DNA of 64,000 nt from Nymphaea colorata (lineage: Eukaryota), in assembly GCF_008831285.2 (NCBI RefSeq), contig NC_045138.2, positions 29,574,001 to 29,638,000 on the forward strand. The letters run 5' to 3'. The notes under the pieces are model-generated. The model saw nothing but the letters and a program-made list of their open reading frames with translations, searched no databases and had not been told where the DNA came from. Of this stretch, positions 25,770 to 39,354 are shown in pieces. The translations under genes were made by a program, and so were the position numbers. Position 1 is the first letter of the stretch. Every line of letters starts with the position of its first letter.

Positions 25770-28700
25770 TCATCCACCATGCTTAGTTTCCAACCAACTC
25801 ATGCCAGGCTCTTTCTTCATCCTCCTCTCCTTCATTTTGTTCCTTAACTTCTGCACATTTTGCCATTCCCCAACTCCACTATACAGATTAGACATGGCAA
25901 CAAACATAGAACTATCTTCAGGTTCCAATCTCAAGATATGTTCCCTTGCACGTTCTGCAAATTCTAGATGCCCATGAAGCTTGCAACAACTCAAAAATGT
26001 TTTCCATATAAAAGCATTAGCTTCAAACGGCATGCCATCAATTAAATCTTTTGCTCTATCCAGCATTCCAGCTCTACCAAACATGTCAACCATGCAAGCA
26101 TAGTGATCCATGGATGGCAGGACACCAAATTTACTAGCCATACTCTCAAATATGTTCACACCTTGATCTATAAAACCAGAGTGGCTACATGCTGATAGTA
26201 TGCATATGAATGTAATATTATTCAACTTGGTACCACTTTGATGCATCTTTTCTAATAGCTCCAATGCCTCCTTAGCATAGCCATTATGAGCACATCCACA
26301 CACAATGGAATTCCAAGTGGCAATGTCAGGTTTCAGCATGTTGTTGAACAGCTTATAGCTATCATTTAGTGCCCCACATTTTGCATACATGTCCACAAGA
26401 GCATTATAGATAAAATCTTCTTCTTCAATACCATGTTTAATCATGTATCCATGAATGCTCTGCCCTTGTTCCAAGGCAGATATGCTTGCGCAAGCCCTTA
26501 AAATACTGGTACAAGTGAAATTGTTTGGATGTAGGCCAGCAATTTGCATACTCCGAAAGAGTCCAAGTGCTTCCATACCAAGACCCAATTGTGAAAACCC
26601 AGCAACCATTGTTGTCCATGAAACCAAATTCTTTTCTGGAATCCCTTCAAACACCATGTGTGCTTCATCAATCTCCACTCCTTTGACCAAAGCATTCAAC
26701 AGAGCATTCTGCACCACTAAATCCCCCTCATAGCCAAGCTTGATTACCTGAGAATAAATCACTCTTGTATGCATAAGATATGCCCTTCCATTACATGCAC
26801 CTAATGCAGCTACGAAACTTCCCTGATCAAATTCTCTACCTTGGTGACGCATCACTGAGAAAATACCCATTGCCTCCTCAAATTTTCCATTCTGAGCATA
26901 TCCATGAATCATAGAATTAAAGGAGATGGTGTTCTTCCTCTCACCTATTTCATTAAAGACCTTAAGACTCAATTCAGTAGCACCACATTTCATGTACATA
27001 TCAATCAGTGCAGTGTTGGCTATTACATCCATGCAAAACTCTGACTTCTTGACAAGAGTATGAACAATTTTCCCATGTCTGAGAAGGTTCAAGGTGCCAC
27101 AAGCGCGAAGGACACTTCCAAAGGTAGACTGATCAGGAAAGCACCCACTAGATTTCATTTCAATAAAAAAACCCAATGCATTCTCGGGGATGTCATTCTC
27201 AATGCATCTAACAATCATTGCATTCCACAGAGCAGCGTCTTTCAAAATGACTCCATTGAAAACCATTAGAGCAGATTCCATATCAGAATATCTTGAATAC
27301 ATGTCAACTAGTGCAGTTCCAACATAATCATTGGTATCAAGTCCACACCTCACTGTACATGCATGAATTTGCTCACCCACTCTGATCCCGATTTCTGTAG
27401 AGCATGCTCCAATAACACTGACAAAGGTAGATTCGTTTGGCTCCAAATTCAGAAATTTTACTTCTTTGAGGAGATGTATAGCCTCAACCTTGAGACCGCA
27501 GCTCAGGAAGCCTGCAATCATTGCATTATAAAGAACTAAATCACGAATCTCAAAGCTTTCAAAAATAGACAAGGTGTTGTCTATGTCTTTGCATTTGGAA
27601 TACATGTTGACCAGTGCTGTTTTCACAAAATTGTCCAAATAGAAGCCAGAGATTATGGCCTGCATTACAATGTCCATGCAAGATTAGTTGGATGCTTCAT
27701 GTACACTGGCTTTTTGTGCTTGTGCAATTACATAAACGAGCAAGCATACTGGTTGAATTCACTCTGCTTTTCTTTCAGTTATCTGTACTAAGCAAGGCTA
27801 AACTAAGATTAAAAAACGCAAGGCCAAACTAAGCTTAAAAAAAAGAGCACATATGGCAGTATCAGGTTCTGACGGTTTCGCTCACCGCTATGGTGTAGCA
27901 CTATATAGTCAAAGGCGTTAATTGGAGCGTGGAGGTGACCTTCAAAAAGGACTAGCTGGCGCCTAGGCAGGCCAAGATCAGCAAAAGGAACAAAGAAAGA
28001 GGAGAAAAAAAAAGAGAAGAAGGGAGAGAAGAATACAGGACGACGTATCTAACTATTCTATCATTTTTCCTATTTAAAATTAATTCATAAATATTAAAAA
28101 TATTTAGAAAACTAAAAAATGCCTAAGTTCATATCAACCAGCAACGTTTTTGGTTTTGCAGCCGGTATTGGCAACGCGGCGGAAAAATAACACCTTAATA
28201 GATTGAGGATTGACGTTTGACAGGTAGCATTAGTCTAAACGTGTAGTGGGTGCCGTGTCATACGTAGGGGCGTCACAGGGAAGATTGGGAATGCTAATAT
28301 AAGGCTCGAAAAATTGTGACAAAAGAAATTTGTAAAATACGAGCAACCCATTTTGGTCATGGACAGTGGCGGACTGGCTGGGCTTCGGTTAGACGCAGAT
28401 TATATCACCATTCTAGCACAGAGGTGCTCCCAGTCTACGCTAACAATTAACATACATTCCAACTTTCGATTCAATATAAACTACCACGAATTGAAGGGAT
28501 ATAATAGTTACCTGGGCGTGGATCTGCTTGCCTCGGGCAACATCCCTGAGGTCCGAACACGCCTGTCCAAGGCTCGCAAGGGCAAACTGTGTCGGTGTAA
28601 CACCCGCAACATGCATCTCTTTGCCCCAGTTTAAGGCAGAACAAGGCTCGCCACAACGTGCGTGGCCCGCGATCATGGCGGACCACGAGACAATGTTTCT

Positions 28701-28913
28701 TTCGGGCATTTCAACAAACACCTTTCGGGCATCATCCGTTCGACCGCATCTGGCATACATGTTGAGGAGGTGGTTTGAGGACGTGATTTCATGCAGAAGG
28801 CCGACCTTCATCATGTGGGCATGGACGGCTTCACCCGCTGAAGCAGAACCCATCGTGGCGGCATCTCTCAGGAAAGAGACGATGACCCAACGGCTAGTTT
28901 TTGAACCCAGCAT
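25770..28913 (-). CDS. PLS-class pentatricopeptide repeat protein with C-terminal E domains and no DYW, about 763 aa; probable organellar RNA-editing factor
   Basis: Exon 1 28913-28512 and exon 2 27659-25770 join across an 852-nt intron (CAG|GTAACT...CTAAT...ATGCAG|GCC). This restores a continuous motif, GKQIHAQ|AIISGFYLDNFVKTALVNMYSKC. Repeated ALVDMYxKCG and SWxxMIxG motifs, HYACMVDMFGRAG, and an end at KKEPGMSW. Start codon uncertain. Confidence 0.88.
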
Positions 28914-31900
28914 AGGCCACTCCTCTCCCGCCAAAGTTCGACACCCCACGAGTCTGGACTATTTCTTCCAACTAGGGCTCCACTTGAGTAGGTGCCAAGA
29001 CGGCTCGGCAACAAATAGCCTCTTCCAAAGCATGGCCTTCTCATTCCGTCGGGGTTAAGAGACATTAAACATTCCATCTCCTGAAACTAACCTTTTTCTA
29101 TGCTACATGTCGCACATAATCTCTAAATGCTTATTATGAATTTATACTAATCCCTGGACCAAAACAGGCCATAACATGGGTTATAATTTGATAGGTGACT
29201 TAAATTCTTGATTCAGATTCGAGTGAGAGGCAACTTCATTAGAACGTATTCGATCATCTTCAATGCTATGAGAATAACCTTTACATGAAGCAAGGATCAT
29301 CCATGCAATCAAAAAATTAGCGACATGCTTTATTGCATCAACAACTGACATGTACTTACACTGTAATATTAAGTAAGGACCTCTCACTCGCATGCTTTCT
29401 TTACTCAATTTCAAGGTTAAAAATTGTACAGTGACTTTATGTTGTGTGTTTGATTTTTCAGCGCAGTGGGGAAAACCTTTACAAGGAAAAGGCTATCCAT
29501 GCAATGACAGAGCTAGGATTTTTTGGTAGAGGGGCACTTGAATTACCAGCCCAGGTCTGGTGTAAGCACCCCATGTAAATTTTGAGTTATCACGTTAATC
29601 GGCTCAGTCCCCATGTATCTCTGCCACGATATCCATGCAATCAAACATGGCCTTAGAGATGTCAGCGGATCAGGTATGAGACCACCAAGAGCCAAACTTT
29701 TAGTGCAACCGGCTATCAAAGTCTGCAATCGCGTCATAAGACTGTTGTGTAGATCTTAGTCAGGACCATTCTGACCCATTGTTAATGGCAGCTCATATTA
29801 GAACATGAAATAGGTCCCCTATGAATGGTAGCCAGATCAGGAACTTGATCACTCGATCTTTTTATATACATATATATGATCTAATCAAGTCTCATTAGAT
29901 GATGACCAATTAGATCCAACATGTCCTTTTTTCACCTCACTAATCAAACACTCAACAATGGCATACCCCACAAAACCAAAAAATATGGCTGTGCTCAAAT
30001 TAGGGATGTATAGTTTAGACTTTATTCATCATATCAAGAACAGATCAGACAGCCAAATCTTGTTTTTCATGAAATGATATTATGTTTCAGAGACATGAAT
30101 ATCTATGAGGTTATGGAGTCTGATGCGTTTAGAAAAACCTTAGTAGATGTATCGTAATTGAGCAATCCACTTGATGATCCTCACAAGATCAATCATAATA
30201 TTGACAATTGTAATATCAAAAACTAGAATCAGTGCCTTACTCAAGCATGTGCACATGGTTTGATTATCATCTGCTAAAAGAAACGATTTCCGTCGGAAGT
30301 TAGAAACATATTAGCCGGAGTCCAAAAGAAGTCCATTCCGTGATCGAAGGTCATCGATTAGTCATGAGTGGGGAGCCAACGAGCCTCCACTAAAAGCAAT
30401 AGTGTACTGTATGATGACTTGGTTGGGAAGGTTTTATTGCACATCAATGGAAGCCTGGTTGTAATGATTGTCCAAAGGTCTATCGTCTTTCTTTTCTATT
30501 CTACTCTTTTAAGACTGCAGAATGTAATAGCTCGTGGACACTGACTAGGAAAATTTACCAACCAAAAGTTAGCTTCCAGTGATAAACTAACAATGCCAAT
30601 AAGAAAGTTTCATGAGAACAAGTTTTCACATGGTTAACTAGTTTGAAGATTAATTAGCTTTGGCATTTCACAAATGGGTCTTTCCACATGATGGTACAAG
30701 AAAATGTTTGTTTTCTTTATCATAATGCGCAGCTTTGCTTCTTAATCATGTGATTGATTGACTCATCTTTCATTAAGGGCACGATTGAGAGGCTGGAACG
30801 GGGTGTCCTCATCCGAGATGGAGCATTAGAAGGGTGAGAATAAAGGGAAAAGTGTCTTGAAATGTGCATAGACCCTCCATCTAGGTGAGGAGGAGTATAC
30901 CGCCTATAAGAGAGCTAAAACTCTCACTCAACCTTTTGTCCTTCTAAGATACACGGTCTGCTTGGGTGCCTTAGGGTGTCGCCCCCACCACACTTCAACT
31001 TACATGTTAATGAACCCCTCCCCTTCCACCTCCATAAAAAAAACAAAAAACAAAAAAAAATGAGTTGACATCGTGAGATTCAAAACAAGAACTGACCACT
31101 AGAAACCTCCGTCCTAACCATTGCCCCAACCCCTCATGACCAAATGCATAGATACTCAATTGCGTCCTTGCTTAAGGGTGGTACAGAGATGTCAAGTTTT
31201 AGGAATAACAGGCTAGACTTTTCTCTGCTTGCATAATACTAAGGGGGCATCTCATTCCCCTTGATCCTCCAATATTAAATCTGACTTTTTCTCAATGTAA
31301 AAAGTAAAATAAGGATGGATCTCATGTATTGATTTTGTGTATGGTCTGAAACCACTAATTTGATGAATGATGAACTTCAGCGTGGTGTTCATCAAGATCA
31401 CCAAAAGCATGCCGCATGAAACACATACAAGTATCCCAAGAAAGTGGATCATGTCATCCCACCCCCAGTAAGCAACATAGTTAATTTCATGTTGATCGTT
31501 TGGTAAATTAGTTTTACGTTGGAAGATTAATATCCCCTAAAGAAAATGACCGTGCTGCCCCTGATGAGGATACCATGATGGGTCCCCAATCAACTTGATT
31601 ACAACCCGATCCAATGACGATTCGCAAATCTGGTCAAGGCCAATCGTTTCTATAGCAGACTATGGGACCCACCTGCATAGAAGCCATGTATTTATAGCGG
31701 TCTACTGGAGAAGGGTGACATTAACTGCAGTGTTTAATTTTATTTATTTTGTGCCCAAACTTTGATGAGATAGACATGAAGACAAGCAGAACCACCAAGA
31801 AACCTGAACTCTTTGCATTTGTTGTCCTCAAAAAGGGCAAAACTAGCAGTCAAAGCGGCCAACAGCATTATTAAATATTTGTTGGGACCAACTTGGAACA

Positions 31901-34900
31901 CTTCACATGGGATGGGACAAAGCCCAAATAAAATCCAGCATCCTTTTGTATCAAGGATCAATGAAACTCTCTGCTTTTTGTTAAAAGATTGAAGAAGAAA
32001 AAGGATGAACGTTTTGCAGATCATTAATGAAGAAAAAGACTAATATCTTACTTCTTTATTGTCCCTATAAAATCTTAAAGACTTTTTAGATATGTTTTTT
32101 GATGTCAACTTGTTCAACATGGGAAGCGTGATTCACTGGATATGTTGGAATTTTCTTGGTCTCTTGTTTCTTGGGCATTAATTAACTCAGGGAGGCATTA
32201 AGTTTCGATGTGTGGTTTTCATTGTAGGGAATGCTTTCTTCTCACTTATGAGATATCACATGATGTCAAACTAAGCCTAGATTCGCCCTCCTCATGGTTG
32301 GTGATGAGATAATGCATCTAAAAATAAATTGTCTATTTCCATTCTCGAATTGGTTTTGTTGCCATGAAAACTAAAGGGCCATTTGACTTGCAGGAAACTG
32401 TTGAACCATTTTGGTGTATAAAACCAGCCTTGGTAGGTGCATCTTGCTATATCGCATTTTCGCTGTTCCACAATAATATAGCTTCCCATGTGCCCCTTCC
32501 ATTGTTCATAAAAAAATGAAAAAAATCACTGAGAAAGGTACCCTCTTCATCAAGAGAAAGAGCATCCAGAAAAATTTGATCTTATTCATGAATTAAAAAG
32601 ATTCTCCATTGCTTCAACTTGCACAAGGAACATGCAATCGATGCATCAAACACTGGGTGTTTCAACCTATAATATATTATGCAAATCTACCAACCAAGTT
32701 GAACCAGGGGTGTGGAGTTCCTAAAGCACTCTAGGCATTGAAATAATATATACTGTAATATTACAGATAGATGGTGCAGAATCTCCTGTAACTGCGTGCA
32801 ATAACAGCCCTCAGTTTCCGTTCACAGACAATCAGCATCTCACTGTAGCCATGTTGAATTCAGCTTCGATTTTTATATAAAGAATAGTCAATGCATGTGC
32901 CGTGCTGACTTTAACATAAAAAAGAAGCTTGTTTGAAAGGACCTTTTGCGAACCAAGGAAAGCTGTGTTCTGTTCTTCACAGTTGCACCTGTTCCTTTTA
33001 GAATACGAGGAGCTAATTGCCTCACTTCCCAGATAGAACTCTCTTATTTTTTAGAAATATTCGCTCAACATTTCACCGGTTCCCGTTTTCTTCTGCAAAA
33101 GAAACTCAACCTTTACGTATTTTAACATTTTTGCTTTTGGAAGATGGCCATTCTCATCTGTCCCATCTCATTAAATGATGTCGGAGGTTTGCTTTCGATC
33201 GGTTGAAGTCTGCACTCGAGTAACACGCCCCATCCTATCGAGACTTTACTGCTAAATCCTTTCAACTATCTCATAACACCGCAGGTTTTTATTACTGTTG
33301 TGTGAATTTTGGATCATAAACGTCATATCGTTATGCGCTTGTACCTGTGCATTCTACGATGAGTAGCTGATCTTTTCCGGCGACTCCAACGGCCGGTGAC
33401 TAAATCTCTCAATTCAAAACCATGGTACAAAAAGTGGTTAATGAACTCGAAGTTTTATAACTTGTGTAGGTTCCTACTAATATTCTTCTTCATCCTACAC
33501 CATCTTGTTGCATTAGTAAATGCATTGCCCTGAAGATTTAATCATAATATTCCTCCTCAATTATGCATTTCCTGCTACTCTTTTGGTATACTAATGGGAG
33601 ACTCCGTTGCCGAGCATCGCTGACTCGGTAGACCCATCCCCTTCCCTCCTCTCTTCGGCTGTACTTCCGGCGTGTCAACTAGCCATTATTCAACTGGTTT
33701 TCTGGGTCAATGCAGTATCAGAGGGCGTTAAGCTGAACTGCTTGACTTCTCAGTATATAATTCCTCCTCAGTCCAAGGATATTCGATTTGTAAATGGCAT
33801 ATCCACATGGAATCGCAGGGTCCAACTTCATCAAAACATACAATTATAAAGATTTTGTTGATGGGTATGAAGATAGGGATGGCAATTAGTAGGACTGTAG
33901 GATGACAGGGCCTGGCTTCTCTTGCTCGCACAATTATTGTTTTTTCATCTGTAAACAGTAGTGTCACCCCAAGTCACAAGAATAGCGATTCATAAACTGA
34001 GTTCATCAACTCTGTAAATTTGAGAGGTCTTTAGAAGGTCAGACTTGATGATGCAGATTTTGTAAAACTTAAGAGAAAAAAAAACACACATTTCTAATGG
34101 AAAATGAAGGAATCTTTCAGAGTAAGAAACAAAACCAAGATAATGCATGCACAAAGTAAAGCCTGAATTGTCGTGTTCAAGTGCTCACCCGTGTCAACAA
34201 TGATACAAATAAAGATAAGTACAAGCCTCAGCATGCATAGGCCCTAGGGGCGGACTTAGTGGCCTTGAGGGCCCTGCTTTACATTCCCCAGTAAACAACA
34301 AAGTCTCTTGGCTCAAGTGCAGTTTTTCCCCATTACCAACAGGGGCAAAAATATCCCCGCGTGATATAAGTATTGCTTAGTAGTACAGATACGCAACATA
34401 CAGGGAGAAGATAACTCTAGGGTCACCAAGATTGTCTGAGGCGCTAAATTTTAACCTGCTGATGTATCTTTACGTACTTCAATTTATGAATGCCATGATC
34501 ACCATTTGGAATGAGTAGTGGAACAAGATTAATAGAAAAGATGAATCTCGATTGCTATCTCGAGTAAATTCTATATATCAATGTCTATGTAAATAATAGT
34601 CCACAGCATTTCTTACATGTTTTTTCTATGTAAGTGGCTGTTTCAAACATGTGCATAATGCCACCATGAGATAAGCTATGCTCCTTTTCACTTAAGACAC
34701 TATAGGCAAGACTTCATGAGTCAGAGTTCACAGTACTGAGATTTCCCATCGAATGATAGAAGATCAGGTCAAGTATACCCCGCTGCTCATGCCAGCCACC
34801 GCAAATGCCGGACTAGTCAACACTTGTGAACAAACTTTTTGATTGGCTGTTAGAAGATCAGATCAAGGGTATGATGCATACAGCAATAATTTTGCCAACA

Positions 34901-37900
34901 CGGATGCTCATGATGAAAATTTTGCATGCTCATATGGATTTTAGCTTGTTCAAATTTGATTATGTACAAGCCCAGCTCAACCTTAAACGGGACTACAATT
35001 TGGTTGGACTCCAGCCGGTCGAGCCCTGCAGCCTGAATTTAGCCAAGTGAACAATGCTTATAGAGAAGAATCCAATTCATTTGATTTCCATGTTTGCTGT
35101 AAATCTTGCATCACTATCATCATCACTATATATATATATATATATATGACTGAAGGATTTTTTGTGTCTTTGGGACAGATCATCAAAACCATATGATCTT
35201 TTGACAGGACGGCCCAAGTGCTACCTTTTTTTCTAGACCTTTTTATGTTGAGAAAAAGTCAGATTTAAGTTCGAAGAAGAGAACGTCTGATTTTAGATCT
35301 ATTGTTCTTAAATCTTGAAGGTTTTAGACCATGGGCAATCAAACACGCCCTAAATTATTATTTTTAACCACACCCTTTAAATTATTATCCTTAGTTTGGA
35401 TTAGGTGGAAACCAAAACTTCTTCAATTAGGCACAGAGAAATGGGAAAGAACCCCTGATTTCATCTCGAAACTTGAAAGAGCACTAGAATTAATGCATAT
35501 GCCAAACTGTAGCAAACAGGAATTCATCGCAAACGAAGGAATCACATGGAAAAACCAAATATGCGAGGGGACAGTCCGCTTTCTGAAGCTGCAAGCTGTT
35601 CTAGGCGGTGAAAAGACAAAACGTGTTTTACCGAAAAATAAACAGATATATATAACAATAAATGCACAGAAACGAAAAGAAGTCCAAAGCCAGGCGTTTG
35701 GCATCAGTTCAAAATATAACCAGATTCTCTGCAAAGTTACTGTGGCAATTAAAACTTTCTGTGTCATTCAACGACCAAATGACCAACGTTGGTGTATACT
35801 CATAAATTCTCATATTTAAAATGATAATTTCAAGTTCAAACTGCGAGATAAGATCAAACTTTTTAAAAAAAATACTTTTAAATTGCTGCAATTGAAGACC
35901 TTTTGAGATCTATTGATGCATCATATATCAACGTTTCCAAGCTCAAACAGATGCCCATATTCCGTGGCCGCTTGTGGTCTCTATCTGCTTTAGCCTGATC
36001 CGTCCACCTCAGTTTGAAACGTTTGGATGCCTCAGCAACAAAGGGAAAAGACGTTGATAGCTTCATGTGGCCTTTTACTCTTTTCCGGCAAAAATGGTTC
36101 AATTATTTAGTTGGTAGGACAATGCTCGCTTGGGAGGTTCATGAGGAAAAGCCAACAACCCGGATCACGTAGAAAAAGCCTACTGATTTTGGCTTCAAAC
36201 TGTTGTATCCTTAGTCCTTAATGGGTCCCATAATGTTTTTCGCTTCGGGCTTCCATGTTTTTATAATGTAAATGTTATGTGTTCCAAAAACATAATATTC
36301 TTCTTATCAAACACAGTTCTTCAGACAAAAGATATGGCATGTTCTCTCTGTTATTTCCTTTAAAAATGGTAGAAATCTTGAGAAAGAACGGCTTTAGACA
36401 TAGTTCGGTGGATGATGTCAAGATTGCGAGTAGGTAATTAAAAAGGTAAGGCCAATAACCATGAAAGTATCAAAGCGATACTGCTCCATTATAGCAGTTG
36501 TCGTATATGTCAAACATGGACAGTGTTTTCGAAAAGAAAAAAAAATTGAAAATGATGATGTTTTCGAAATATTGATTATCCCGAACATATCATGCCTACG
36601 ATGCAATCTTATCACGATATAACATTGCTATGTCTTTCATCCATAATATATTTTGATTTCTTTTTTTGTTTCATTATCCAATTTCCTACCAGGAAACCTT
36701 TTTTTCCGTTGTTTATCATAAAATTTTCCTAAGTATATGGCTTGATTTCAGAAACTAAAGTGGTCCTATTAACTAAGTTGGCAGCAGTTCATTTTGTACT
36801 TAGCTTTTTATATGGCAGAAAATTATTTGTACCGGTCAGCTGTCAACATAAGAATTGCATGATACGTTTAGGACCAGTTGTTCGGAAAATGTCGATTCCG
36901 AAGCTGGTTTTCTGCGAAACTTTGGCAGCTTGTTGTTGGCTACAAACAATATATGAAAAACAGTTTATGCTTGCTGTCTATTCTGTGTCATTCCCATGAA
37001 CGGAAACAGAAGATCCTCAAACGAACCAGGATTGCAGATTTGCCCAACTCAGAAGAGATCCATGTTTCATCAAGCAGCAGGAGAGTTTAGAGCCGTGGAT
37101 TTAAACAATCCCTGAATCTTTTGTGTAGTCTGACTACCACCGAATCCGATATATTTTCTTGTCTTTAAGAAAAATTAAAATACCAATTAATTGAATTTTA
37201 AAATTAAAGAAAAAGTAAAGTGGGTGAATCTAATAATGGTATCGAAGATTTCAATCCAAGACGAGGAAAATAAGCCTAAATCAGGATGACTTTGAATGTG
37301 GTGGCTCAGAAGATAAATTTGTTATCAAATTCAATAGCTAGCAACTGCCAAAAGTTACGACTTAGAACCCACTGTGGTTCAAAGGATCGAGTGGGCTGAC
37401 CTTGGCTCGCACCACGTAAGTCTGCTGACTGAGTTCATGTCCACTAGCCGAATCATTGTCTTCGCCAAGTTGATCACAACTACCCAAGTTCCGCTGTATT
37501 GTCTCGCTCCCCGAATCTTTGGTCATTCAGCTAAAGAGCTAAAGCATAAGCTTAAAAAGGTGAAACTTTATCAGATGTTGATATGATAAGAGAAGCATTC
37601 CAATAATGAGTATTAAGCCATTATTGAAAGTACAGCCACAAAGCGACGTGTTGGTAATGAATAATATTTAATTTCTTTAATCAACAGCAATGTTGACAAT
37701 GTATCTTAGATTTGCTTTTAGCGTTCAGTGTTCATGTTAGTGGCAGGCAGAGCATTTCATTCGCTAGAAAAAGCTTAGATACTTCATTGCTTTACGCATC
37801 TTAGGATAAGATATGTTCCCCATTCTTTTTCTCAGTTGTTGTTGGTAACTACTGTGGCAAGAACTCTACCTCTGGCCATGGTTCAAGATCATTGCTCTCA

Positions 37901-39354
37901 GCTTCTTCGACTGGGCCCGGGATCAATCGGACCGGACCTGGCCGCAAATCTGAAAAGGGATTCGCAAACTTAATAGGCTAGCATCACTTGGCTCGATCGA
38001 GGGGCCTGTTTCGACCCGAGTCATGAATGCACAGTGCCGTTGACGTGTGTCGCCATGGGTTAGGTTTTGAATTGGTGGGGTAAGCTGCTTGGACCTGTTA
38101 ACACCAACCAGGCTAAGAGGGTCCGGTCAACAGGGGAGACACTGCGTTGAGTAAGACCTATCATCTGTACATGGTCAGGAGAGAGCAGGGTGATTGGAAA
38201 GAGTCATGGCCCGAGTAGTCCCAATCCGGCAACTGGGTCAGGCCAGTGGTCCGAGTGATTGGCTATAATTGCACCATGGCACCGAACCCTGTATATTGTA
38301 AAACATGAGCCCTTCATCCATCATGATCAACGCTAAAGGATAGGGGCCATGGAGGCTGAAAGCAATGCTCTTCTTGACCAGCCAGCCACTAGACAGTATC
38401 AGTATGAAAGCGATATGAAAAAGCCACCGAGGTGCCCATTTTCACTCAATTCTCTCCCTTTTCTTTTTCTGTTTCAATCGATTGCCTTCTTTTTTGTGTT
38501 TGGCTTTTTCATCATTTTGGGATGTTGGGCAATTTCTGGACCTAACTGGGCCCGCACGGATGACCAGTTTCATGGATAGAGAGAGAAACAGTTCCCAGTC
38601 ATGGAGCTAATAATGGATGCCCATTCCTTTTATTGCTCTAATGAATGCATTCACAGCGAAGCAAGCCGTTTCTTTATTTGTATCCGGCAGTTCTCGACAA
38701 CAACATGCAACTGAAATGATATTACGACTTTAGGCAGTTTGGCTATTTTGAAGTGAAAGTTCAGAAATCAAGGATAAACATTGTTGATGAGTTGGTTGTT
38801 GCAGTTTCTATTGGCTTAGTAATCTAGCGCATCAGTTTCCAATGGCCAAAAACTTCAGAAGAAATACAAGCATGAGAGAGATTGCAGAAGGCCTTCTTCA
38901 TTATTTAAGGAACAAAAATGAAGATAGGAACAAGCATTCCAGCATTTACATGACATAGATGTTCAGAAGGGCGCTTCATACATAGCAGAAGATACAAATT
39001 TCAAAAACTAGACTGAGAAGGAAGTAGTCCAGCGGGAAACAAAACTACAGAAAGCTAAGACAAAAAAAAAAAAAAAAAACGCAAGGACGACAAAGGGCAA
39101 CAGTTCTCCCTCCTTTCACCCTTTTGGCTTGAAGCAGGGAAGAGTGGCAGCAGCTAAAGTACTCAGGATCATCAAACCTTTAACTTTCGTTTCAGCCTCC
39201 AGATAGTCCGCTTCATGCTCCCGCGCTTCTTCGATGGCAATAGAGAATCTCCGTCTTTTCCCTTTTTTCTGCTTCCCTGCTAACTGCTCTCTGGCAAGGA
39301 GAACGTACAGAGAGCACTTGATAGAGGAGCAGAAAGCAGCCTGTCTTTACGAGG

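Noticed and set aside
33607..33967. Short ORFs and a peptide-like stretch (MAYPHGIAGSNFIKTYNYKDFVDGYEDRDGN)
   Set aside because: Too short and not assignable to any family without a search.
37236..37246. TGGTATCG as an LTR primer-binding site (also GTGATACCA near 57390)
   Set aside because: Only 7-8 nt match, with no paired LTRs or PPT found.
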